The notes beneath the pieces were generated by a model, which was not told the origin of the DNA, made no database searches, and saw only the letters and a list, made by a program, of their open reading frames with translations. From Flectonema sp. DT1601 (lineage: Eukaryota): a DNA stretch of 64,000 nt. Shown here piece by piece: positions 1 through 10,235 of the stretch (the stretch's first letter is position 1; every line of letters starts with the position of its first letter). The stretch is from contig OZ025793.1 in NCBI GenBank assembly GCA_964019425.1, positions 1 through 64,000 of the forward strand. Direction: 5' to 3'. The translations under genes and the position numbers were made by a program.

Positions 1-3000
1 TTGCGGAGTTTGCGGCCTGTTTTGCGGCTACATCCTGTTTGCGGGTTTTGCGGGTTTGCGGTCCGTTTTGCGGGTTTGCGGTTTGGCGGGCAGCAGTTTT
101 TGCGGCGTTTTGCGGGTTTGCGGGACAGTTTGCGGCTCTTGGCGTTTGCGGTTCTTGCGGCCTCCGTTTTGCGGTCGGTTCTTTGCGGATCCCGCCGTGC
201 GGTTTGCGGGTTTGCGGTTCGCTTCCGCCAAGGGTTTGCGGTTTGACGTGTTTGCGGCTCTGTTTGCGGGTTTGCGGGTTTGCGGAGTTTGCGTGCGGTT
301 TTGCGGGTTTGCGGGTTTGCGGGTTTGTGCGGGTTTGCGGGTTTGCGGGTTTGCGGGTTTGCGGGTTTGCGGGTTTGCGGGTTTGCGGGTTTGCGGGTTT
401 GCGGGTTTGCGGGTTTGCGCGGGTTTGCGGGTTTGCGGGTTTGCGGGTTTGCGGGTTTGCGGGTTTGCGGGTTTGCGGGTTTGCGGGTTTGCGGGTTTGC
501 GGGTTTGCGGGTTTGCGGGTTTGCGGGTTTGCGGGTTTGCGGGTTTGCGGGTTTGCGGGTTTGCGGGTTTGCGGGTTTGCGGGTTTGCGGGTTTGCGGGT
601 TTGCGGGTTTGCGGGTTTGCGGGTTTGCGGGTTTGCGGGTTTGCGGGTTTGCGGGTTTGCGGGTTTGCGGGTTTGCGGGTTTGCGGGTTTGCGGGTTTGC
701 GGGTTTGCGGGTTTGCGGGTTTGCGGGTTTGCGGGTTTGCGGGTTTGCGGGTTTGCGGGTTTGCGGGTTTGCGGGTTTGCGGGTTTGCGGGTTTGCGGGT
801 TTGCGGGTTTGCGGGTTTGCGGGTTTGCGGGTTTGCGGGTTTGCGGGTTTGCGGGTTTGCGGGTTTGCGGGTTTGCGGGTTTGCGGGTTTGCGGGTTTGC
901 GGGTTTGCGGGTTTGCGGGTTTGCGGGTTTGCGGGTTTGCGGGTTTGCGGGTTTGCGGGTTTGCGGGTTTGCGGGTTTGCGGGTTTGCGGGTTTGCGGGT
1001 TTGCGGGTTTGCGGGTTTGCGGGTTTGCGGGTTTGCGGGTTTGCGGGTTTGCGGGTTTGCGGGTTTGCGGGTTTGCGGGTTTGCGGGTTTGCGGGTTTGC
1101 GGGTTTGCGGGTTTGCGGGTTTGCGGGTTTGCGGGTTTGCGGGTTTGCGGGTTTGCGGGTTTGCGGGTTTGCGGGTTTGCGGGTTTGCGGGTTTGCGGGT
1201 TTGCGGGTTTGCGGGTTTGCGGGTTTGCGGGTTTGCGGGTTTGCGGGTTTGCGGGTTTGCGGGTTTGCGGGTTTGCGGGTTTGCGGGTTTGCGGGTTTGC
1301 GGGTTTGCGGGTTTGCGGGTTTGCGGGTTTGCGGGTTTGCGGGTTTGCGGGTTTGCGGGTTTGCGGGTTTGCGGGTTTGCGGGTTTGCGGGTTTGCGGGT
1401 TTGCGGGTTTGCGGGTTTGCGGGTTTGCGGGTTTGCGGGTTTGCGGGTTTGCGGGTTTGCGGGTTTGCGGGTTTGCGGGTTTGCGGGTTTGCGGGTTTGC
1501 GGGTTTGCGGGTTTGCGGGTTTGCGGGTTTGCGGGTTTGCGGGTTTGCGGGTTTGCGGGTTTGCGGGTTTGCGGGTTTGCGGGTTTGCGGGTTTGCGGGT
1601 TTGCGGGTTTGCGGGTTTGCGGGTTTGCGGGTTTGCGGGTTTGCGGGTTTGCGGGTTTGCGGGTTTGCGGGTTTGCGGGTTTGCGGGTTTGCGGGTTTGC
1701 GGGTTTGCGGGTTTGCGGGTTTGCGGGTTTGCGGGTTTGCGGGTTTGCGGGTTTGCGGGTTTGCGGGTTTGCGGGTTTGCGGGTTTGCGGGTTTGCGGGT
1801 TTGCGGGTTTGCGGGTTTGCGGGTTTGCGGGTTTGCGGGTTTGCGGGTTTGCGGGTTTGCGGGTTTGCGGGTTTGCGGGTTTGCGGGTTTGCGGGTTTGC
1901 GGGTTTGCGGGTTTGCGGGTTTGCGGGTTTGCGGGTTTGCGGGTTTGCGGGTTTGCGGGTTTGCGGGTTTGCGGGTTTGCGGGTTTGCGGGTTTGCGGGT
2001 TTGCGGGTTTGCGGGTTTGCGGGTTTGCGGGTTTGCGGGTTTGCGGGTTTGCGGGTTTGCGGGTTTGCGGGTTTGCGGGTTTGCGGGTTTGCGGGTTTGC
2101 GGGTTTGCGGGTTTGCGGGTTTGCGGGTTTGCGGGTTTGCGGGTTTGCGGGTTTGCGGGTTTGCGGGTTTGCGGGTTTGCGGGTTTGCGGGTTTGCGGGT
2201 TTGCGGGTTTGCGGGTTTGCGGGTTTGCGGGTTTGCGGGTTTGCGGGTTTGCGGGTTTGCGGGTTTGCGGGTTTGCGGGTTTGCGGGTTTGCGGGTTTGC
2301 GGGTTTGCGGGTTTGCGGGTTTGCGGGTTTGCGGGTTTGCGGGTTTGCGGGTTTGCGGGTTTGCGGGTTTGCGGGTTTGCGGGTTTGCGGGTTTGCGGGT
2401 TTGCGGGTTTGCGGGTTTGCGGGTTTGCGGGTTTGCGGGTTTGCGGGTTTGCGGGTTTGCGGGTTTGCGGGTTTGCGGGTTTGCGGGTTTGCGGGTTTGC
2501 GGGTTTGCGGGTTTGCGGGTTTGCGGGTTTGCGGGTTTGCGGGTTTGCGGGTTTGCGGGTTTGCGGGTTTGCGGGTTTGCGGGTTTGCGGGTTTGCGGGT
2601 TTGCGGGTTTGCGGGTTTGCGGGTTTGCGGGTTTGCGGGTTTGCGGGTTTGCGGGTTTGCGGGTTTGCGGGTTTGCGGGTTTGCGGGTTTGCGGGTTTGC
2701 GGGTTTGCGGGTTTGCGGGTTTGCGGGTTTGCGGGTTTGCGGGTTTGCGGGTTTGCGGGTTTGCGGGTTTGCGGGTTTGCGGGTTTGCGGGTTTGCGGGT
2801 TTGCGGGTTTGCGGGTTTGCGGGTTTGCGGGTTTGCGGGTTTGCGGGTTTGCGGGTTTGCGGGTTTGCGGGTTTGCGGGTTTGCGGGTTTGCGGGTTTGC
2901 GGGTTTGCGGGTTTGCGGGTTTGCGGGTTTGCGGGTTTGCGGGTTTGCGGGTTTGCGGGTTTGCGGGTTTGCGGGTTTGCGGGTTTGCGGGTTTGCGGGT

Positions 3001-6000
3001 TTGCGGGTTTGCGGGTTTGCGGGTTTGCGGGTTTGCGGGTTTGCGGGTTTGCGGGTTTGCGGGTTTGCGGGTTTGCGGGTTTGCGGGTTTGCGGGTTTGC
3101 GGGTTTGCGGGTTTGCGGGTTTGCGGGTTTGCGGGTTTGCGGGTTTGCGGGTTTGCGGGTTTGCGGGTTTGCGGGTTTGCGGGTTTGCGGGTTTGCGGGT
3201 TTGCGGGTTTGCGGGTTTGCGGGTTTGCGGGTTTGCGGGTTTGCGGGTTTGCGGGTTTGCGGGTTTGCGGGTTTGCGGGTTTGCGGGTTTGCGGGTTTGC
3301 GGGTTTGCGGGTTTGCGGGTTTGCGGGTTTGCGGGTTTGCGGGTTTGCGGGTTTGCGGGTTTGCGGGTTTGCGGGTTTGCGGGTTTGCGGGTTTGCGGGT
3401 TTGCGGGTTTGCGGGTTTGCGGGTTTGCGGGTTTGCGGGTTTGCGGGTTTGCGGGTTTGCGGGTTTGCGGGTTTGCGGGTTTGCGGGTTTGCGGGTTTGC
3501 GGGTTTGCGGGTTTGCGGGTTTGCGGGTTTGCGGGTTTGCGGGTTTGCGGGTTTGCGGGTTTGCGGGTTTGCGGGTTTGCGGGTTTGCGGGTTTGCGGGT
3601 TTGCGGGTTTGCGGGTTTGCGGGTTTGCGGGTTTGCGGGTTTGCGGGTTTGCGGGTTTGCGGGTTTGCGGGTTTGCGGGTTTGCGGGTTTGCGGGTTTGC
3701 GGGTTTGCGGGTTTGCGGGTTTGCGGGTTTGCGGGTTTGCGGGTTTGCGGGTTTGCGGGTTTGCGGGTTTGCGGGTTTGCGGGTTTGCGGGTTTGCGGGT
3801 TTGCGGGTTTGCGGGTTTGCGGGTTTGCGGGTTTGCGGGTTTGCGGGTTTGCGGGTTTGCGGGTTTGCGGGTTTGCGGGTTTGCGGGTTTGCGGGTTTGC
3901 GGGTTTGCGGGTTTGCGGGTTTGCGGGTTTGCGGGTTTGCGGGTTTGCGGGTTTGCGGGTTTGCGGGTTTGCGGGTTTGCGGGTTTGCGGGTTTGCGGGT
4001 TTGCGGGTTTGCGGGTTTGCGGGTTTGCGGGTTTGCGGGTTTGCGGGTTTGCGGGTTTGCGGGTTTGCGGGTTTGCGGGTTTGCGGGTTTGCGGGTTTGC
4101 GGGTTTGCGGGTTTGCGGGTTTGCGGGTTTGCGGGTTTGCGGGTTTGCGGGTTTGCGGGTTTGCGGGTTTGCGGGTTTGCGGGTTTGCGGGTTTGCGGGT
4201 TTGCGGGTTTGCGGGTTTGCGGGTTTGCGGGTTTGCGGGTTTGCGGGTTTGCGGGTTTGCGGGTTTGCGGGTTTGCGGGTTTGCGGGTTTGCGGGTTTGC
4301 GGGTTTGCGGGTTTGCGGGTTTGCGGGTTTGCGGGTTTGCGGGTTTGCGGGTTTGCGGGTTTGCGGGTTTGCGGGTTTGCGGGTTTGCGGGTTTGCGGGT
4401 TTGCGGGTTTGCGGGTTTGCGGGTTTGCGGGTTTGCGGGTTTGCGGGTTTGCGGGTTTGCGGGTTTGCGGGTTTGCGGGTTTGCGGGTTTGCGGGTTTGC
4501 GGGTTTGCGGGTTTGCGGGTTTGCGGGTTTGCGGGTTTGCGGGTTTGCGGGTTTGCGGGTTTGCGGGTTTGCGGGTTTGCGGGTTTGCGGGTTTGCGGGT
4601 TTGCGGGTTTGCGGGTTTGCGGGTTTGCGGGTTTGCGGGTTTGCGGGTTTGCGGGTTTGCGGGTTTGCGGGTTTGCGGGTTTGCGGGTTTGCGGGTTTGC
4701 GGGTTTGCGGGTTTGCGGGTTTGCGGGTTTGCGGGTTTGCGGGTTTGCGGGTTTGCGGGTTTGCGGGTTTGCGGGTTTGCGGGTTTGCGGGTTTGCGGGT
4801 TTGCGGGTTTGCGGGTTTGCGGGTTTGCGGGTTTGCGGGTTTGCGGGTTTGCGGGTTTGCGGGTTTGCGGGTTTGCGGGTTTGCGGGTTTGCGGGTTTGC
4901 GGGTTTGCGGGTTTGCGGGTTTGCGGGTTTGCGGGTTTGCGGGTTTGCGGGTTTGCGGGTTTGCGGGTTTGCGGGTTTGCGGGTTTGCGGGTTTGCGGGT
5001 TTGCGGGTTTGCGGGTTTGCGGGTTTGCGGGTTTGCGGGTTTGCGGGTTTGCGGGTTTGCGGGTTTGCGGGTTTGCGGGTTTGCGGGTTTGCGGGTTTGC
5101 GGGTTTGCGGGTTTGCGGGTTTGCGGGTTTGCGGGTTTGCGGGTTTGCGGGTTTGCGGGTTTGCGGGTTTGCGGGTTTGCGGGTTTGCGGGTTTGCGGGT
5201 TTGCGGGTTTGCGGGTTTGCGGGTTTGCGGGTTTGCGGGTTTGCGGGTTTGCGGGTTTGCGGGTTTGCGGGTTTGCGGGTTTGCGGGTTTGCGGGTTTGC
5301 GGGTTTGCGGGTTTGCGGGTTTGCGGGTTTGCGGGTTTGCGGGTTTGCGGGTTTGCGGGTTTGCGGGTTTGCGGGTTTGCGGGTTTGCGGGTTTGCGGGT
5401 TTGCGGGTTTGCGGGTTTGCGGGTTTGCGGGTTTGCGGGTTTGCGGGTTTGCGGGTTTGCGGGTTTGCGGGTTTGCGGGTTTGCGGGTTTGCGGGTTTGC
5501 GGGTTTGCGGGTTTGCGGGTTTGCGGGTTTGCGGGTTTGCGGGTTTGCGGGTTTGCGGGTTTGCGGGTTTGCGGGTTTGCGGGTTTGCGGGTTTGCGGGT
5601 TTGCGGGTTTGCGGGTTTGCGGGTTTGCGGGTTTGCGGGTTTGCGGGTTTGCGGGTTTGCGGGTTTGCGGGTTTGCGGGTTTGCGGGTTTGCGGGTTTGC
5701 GGGTTTGCGGGTTTGCGGGTTTGCGGGTTTGCGGGTTTGCGGGTTTGCGGGTTTGCGGGTTTGCGGGTTTGCGGGTTTGCGGGTTTGCGGGTTTGCGGGT
5801 TTGCGGGTTTGCGGGTTTGCGGGTTTGCGGGTTTGCGGGTTTGCGGGTTTGCGGGTTTGCGGGTTTGCGGGTTTGCGGGTTTGCGGGTTTGCGGGTTTGC
5901 GGGTTTGCGGGTTTGCGGGTTTGCGGGTTTGCGGGTTTGCGGGTTTGCGGGTTTGCGGGTTTGCGGGTTTGCGGGTTTGCGGGTTTGCGGGTTTGCGGGT

Positions 6001-8352
6001 TTGCGGGTTTGCGGGTTTGCGGGTTTGCGGGTTTGCGGGTTTGCGGGTTTGCGGGTTTGCGGGTTTGCGGGTTTGCGGGTTTGCGGGTTTGCGGGTTTGC
6101 GGGTTTGCGGGTTTGCGGGTTTGCGGGTTTGCGGGTTTGCGGGTTTGCGGGTTTGCGGGTTTGCGGGTTTGCGGGTTTGCGGGTTTGCGGGTTTGCGGGT
6201 TTGCGGGTTTGCGGGTTTGCGGGTTTGCGGGTTTGCGGGTTTGCGGGTTTGCGGGTTTGCGGGTTTGCGGGTTTGCGGGTTTGCGGGTTTGCGGGTTTGC
6301 GGGTTTGCGGGTTTGCGGGTTTGCGGGTTTGCGGGTTTGCGGGTTTGCGGGTTTGCGGGTTTGCGGGTTTGCGGGTTTGCGGGTTTGCGGGTTTGCGGGT
6401 TTGCGGGTTTGCGGGTTTGCGGGTTTGCGGGTTTGCGGGTTTGCGGGTTTGCGGGTTTGCGGGTTTGCGGGTTTGCGGGTTTGCGGGTTTGCGGGTTTGC
6501 GGGTTTGCGGGTTTGCGGGTTTGCGGGTTTGCGGGTTTGCGGGTTTGCGGGTTTGCGGGTTTGCGGGTTTGCGGGTTTGCGGGTTTGCGGGTTTGCGGGT
6601 TTGCGGGTTTGCGGGTTTGCGGGTTTGCGGGTTTGCGGGTTTGCGGGTTTGCGGGTTTGCGGGTTTGCGGGTTTGCGGGTTTGCGGGTTTGCGGGTTTGC
6701 GGGTTTGCGGGTTTGCGGGTTTGCGGGTTTGCGGGTTTGCGGGTTTGCGGGTTTGCGGGTTTGCGGGTTTGCGGGTTTGCGGGTTTGCGGGTTTGCGGGT
6801 TTGCGGGTTTGCGGGTTTGCGGGTTTGCGGGTTTGCGGGTTTGCGGGTTTGCGGGTTTGCGGGTTTGCGGGTTTGCGGGTTTGCGGGTTTGCGGGTTTGC
6901 GGGTTTGCGGGTTTGCGGGTTTGCGGGTTTGCGGGTTTGCGGGTTTGCGGGTTTGCGGGTTTGCGGGTTTGCGGGTTTGCGGGTTTGCGGGTTTGCGGGT
7001 TTGCGGGTTTGCGGGTTTGCGGGTTTGCGGGTTTGCGGGTTTGCGGGTTTGCGGGTTTGCGGGTTTGCGGGTTTGCGGGTTTGCGGGTTTGCGGGTTTGC
7101 GGGTTTGCGGGTTTGCGGGTTTGCGGGTTTGCGGGTTTGCGGGTTTGCGGGTTTGCGGGTTTGCGGGTTTGCGGGTTTGCGGGTTTGCGGGTTTGCGGGT
7201 TTGCGGGTTTGCGGGTTTGCGGGTTTGCGGGTTTGCGGGTTTGCGGGTTTGCGGGTTTGCGGGTTTGCGGGTTTGCGGGTTTGCGGGTTTGCGGGTTTGC
7301 GGGTTTGCGGGTTTGCGGGTTTGCGGGTTTGCGGGTTTGCGGGTTTGCGGGTTTGCGGGTTTGCGGGTTTGCGGGTTTGCGGGTTTGCGGGTTTGCGGGT
7401 TTGCGGGTTTGCGGGTTTGCGGGTTTGCGGGTTTGCGGGTTTGCGGGTTTGCGGGTTTGCGGGTTTGCGGGTTTGCGGGTTTGCGGGTTTGCGGGTTTGC
7501 GGGTTTGCGGGTTTGCGGGTTTGCGGGTTTGCGGGTTTGCGGGTTTGCGGGTTTGCGGGTTTGCGGGTTTGCGGGTTTGCGGGTTTGCGGGTTTGCGGGT
7601 TTGCGGGTTTGCGGGTTTGCGGGTTTGCGGGTTTGCGGGTTTGCGGGTTTGCGGGTTTGCGGGTTTGCGGGTTTGCGGGTTTGCGGGTTTGCGGGTTTGC
7701 GGGTTTGCGGGTTTGCGGGTTTGCGGGTTTGCGGGTTTGCGGGTTTGCGGGTTTGCGGGTTTGCGGGTTTGCGGGTTTGCGGGTTTGCGGGTTTGCGGGT
7801 TTGCGGGTTTGCGGGTTTGCGGGTTTGCGGGTTTGCGGGTTTGCGGGTTTGCGGGTTTGCGGGTTTGCGGGTTTGCGGGTTTGCGGGTTTGCGGGTTTGC
7901 GGGTTTGCGGGTTTGCGGGTTTGCGGGTTTGCGGGTTTGCGGGTTTGCGGGTTTGCGGGTTTGCGGGTTTGCGGGTTTGCGGGTTTGCGGGTTTGCGGGT
8001 TTGCGGGTTTGCGGGTTTGCGGGTTTGCGGGTTTGCGGGTTTGCGGGTTTGCGGGTTTGCGGGTTTGCGGGTTTGCGGGTTTGCGGGTTTGCGGGTTTGC
8101 GGGTTTGCGGGTTTGCGGGTTTGCGGGTTTGCGGGTTTGCGGGTTTGCGGGTTTGCGGGTTTGCGGGTTTGCGGGTTTGCGGGTTTGCGGGTTTGCGGGT
8201 TTGCGGGTTTGCGGGTTTGCGGGTTTGCGGGTTTGCGGGTTTGCGGGTTTGCGGGTTTGCGGGTTTGCGGGTTTGCGGGTTTGCGGGTTTGCGGGTTTGC
8301 GGGTTTGTGGGTTTGCGGGTTTGCGGGTTTGCGGGTTTGCGGGTTTGCGGGT
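1..8352 (+). repeat. Telomere-like tandem array (GGGTTTGC)n, about 1,040 units
   Basis: Essentially perfect 8-bp period from ~421 to 8352, with one visible variant (GGGTTTGT at ~8308). The first ~420 bp are degenerate, as expected of a low-coverage contig end. The array ends ...GCGGGT|CAGC. Confidence 0.97.
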
Positions 8353-9169
8353 CAGCATTCCCTGCTGCACCAACAGTCTCTTCCGCTGTTCCTCCCCCTG
8401 TCGCCCCACCTCCTCCATTATGGATGCGACCTCCTCCTCCGTCTTCACCTGTCGTGAGCAGACCTCGTCCACCACCAAACCGGCATGATCATTCCCCCAC
8501 ATCGTTGAGCGCCCTTGCCGCAGCCGCGCCCACTTCCTTCACCTCCTTCAACGACCCCGCAGCCTTCTGTTGCTCCGTCTGCACTTCAGTAAAAGCAGCC
8601 GAGGTTGCCGCAATCACCTTCTCCACCCTCTTTTCTGTCTTCATCTGGCCAGCCGTTTGCTGCTGCAAGGTGGCCATGTTCTTCTCCTTCCGGAGCCTAC
8701 CCACCGCCATACTTGTGGCCTTGGCAAGCCCAACAACTTCAGGGTTCCGCAAAGAAGCATCATCCTCCAACTGCGGTGGCGTTATCCCATCATGGGGCTC
8801 CACCACCGTTACAACGCCCCTCAAAGGCGTCAACACCCCAGGCTCCCCTGGCAGCAGTTGAGCTCCGCCAGCATCGTCAATATGACGAATACCGCTCGCG
8901 CCGACACACACAGGCAGCGTGCCCTCCGCCACGTCCAAGCAGCACGCCAGCAACCGATCGTTGCTCTTCCTCCTCCCGTCCCGGTCGTCCTCCTTCGTTG
9001 TAGCCAACCAAATGAGGTTGGCCTCTGCCTCACCCAGGCACCTCACCAACACCCCCTGCCTATAGGTCAGGCTCACCTTCGTCCGGGTCAGTTGGCCCAG
9101 AATCGGCCGCAAGTTCTCTGCCAAAGAACTTGGCAAACCCGCACTGAAGTCGTAATAGACTTCGGCCAT
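8353..9169 (-). pseudogene. Truncated gag-like ORF of the sibling element, frameshifted near 8495
   Basis: ATG at 9169 (MAEVYYDF...). The frame stops at 8489, but homology continues in another frame (VCSRQVKTEEEVASIMEE) across a C5 run, then runs straight into the repeat array. Confidence 0.7.
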
Positions 9170-9320
9170 TGTTTTTCCTTTATCCTGTACCACAAACTAC
9201 AGAAGAATGAACATTAAGAGGTAGAGTGAACGCAAAGCAAACACAAAGCTAAGATGTAAATGGATAACGCAGAACATCAAAGGCGCCGAATACCATTGAG
9301 CAGTTCCCTGTGAAAAGATA
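8353..9320 (-). mobile_element. 3'-truncated sibling TATE-like tyrosine-recombinase retrotransposon (5' end plus part of gag)
   Basis: Its protein matches the gag of the 9401-15130 element: RRKSNDRLLACCLDV vs RRADNDKLLALCLDI, NPEVVGLAKA vs NPSLEGLARA, RQVKTEE vs RQVKAEE. It has the same terminus pattern, GCAGTTCCC-N12|GGTTTGCGGG. Confidence 0.8.
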
Positions 9321-9400
9321 GGTTTGCGGGTTTGCGGGTTTGCGGGTTTGCGGGTTTGCGGGTTTGCGGGTTTGCGGGTTTGCGGGTTTGCGGGTTTGCG
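9321..9400 (+). repeat. (GGGTTTGC)n tract of about 10 units between the two elements
   Basis: Read directly from the sequence. Confidence 0.97.
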
Positions 9401-9704
9401 GGGAACCGCTCGGCATTCTCAGTGAAGTACTGTTGAAAAGGAAAAGTCATAAAGGAGAGTCTGATAAAAACAATCACACGAATTAACCACATAACAAGAT
9501 ACTAGCATCATAAGCCTCATGTCGTCTTAGCTTTCCCATTTTCTCAGCTGAATAAAATGATGATGAGAAAGACAAAGGAGAACCAAGTTAACACGAAGCA
9601 ACTCATTCACGAAGGGGTAATGGGAAAACGGCACCGCATGCTTGTACAATTGCATGTTCGACCACGGCCTAAAATCGGCCGGGGGAAAGGTTGGCACCGT
9701 CACA
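9401..9704 (-). repeat. Split direct repeat B2 (304 bp)
   Basis: Appears identical to 9932-10235 (offset 531). Confidence 0.93.
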
Positions 9705-9931
9705 GGGGTAGGGCGGGTGGGAAAACGCTTTGCGTTAAGACCCTTCCTAGCCTGAATAAATGAGTACAATGAAATAATGATAAGAGAACAGTAAAATGAT
9801 AAATCTGAAATAATAACAAGAGAACAAAAATGATACTTAAACAACATTTAATGTTGATCAATGAAAAGGAAAATATTATAAGAGTATATCGTACTTCACT
9901 TGCCTTTTGTGCAGTTCCCAGTCTGAGTGTT
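9694..9931 (-). repeat. Split direct repeat A2 (238 bp)
   Basis: Appears identical to 14893-15130 (offset 5199). Overlaps B2 by the 11-mer GCACCGTCACA. Confidence 0.93.
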
Positions 9932-10235
9932 GGGAACCGCTCGGCATTCTCAGTGAAGTACTGTTGAAAAGGAAAAGTCATAAAGGAGAGTCTGATAAAA
10001 ACAATCACACGAATTAACCACATAACAAGATACTAGCATCATAAGCCTCATGTCGTCTTAGCTTTCCCATTTTCTCAGCTGAATAAAATGATGATGAGAA
10101 AGACAAAGGAGAACCAAGTTAACACGAAGCAACTCATTCACGAAGGGGTAATGGGAAAACGGCACCGCATGCTTGTACAATTGCATGTTCGACCACGGCC
10201 TAAAATCGGCCGGGGGAAAGGTTGGCACCGTCACA
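9932..10235 (-). repeat. Split direct repeat B1 (304 bp)
   Basis: Appears identical to 9401-9704. Contains the RT stop codon at 10231-10233. Confidence 0.93.

Noticed and set aside
1..420. Degenerate repeat variants as a biological sub-array
   Set aside because: The irregular indels and substitutions are confined to the extreme end and look like low-coverage consensus noise. This cannot be resolved without reads.
28..8861. Four 2,700-2,900 aa ORFs (RKPANPQT / GLRVCGFA repeats)
   Set aside because: Artefacts of an 8-bp repeat that has no stop codon in any frame.
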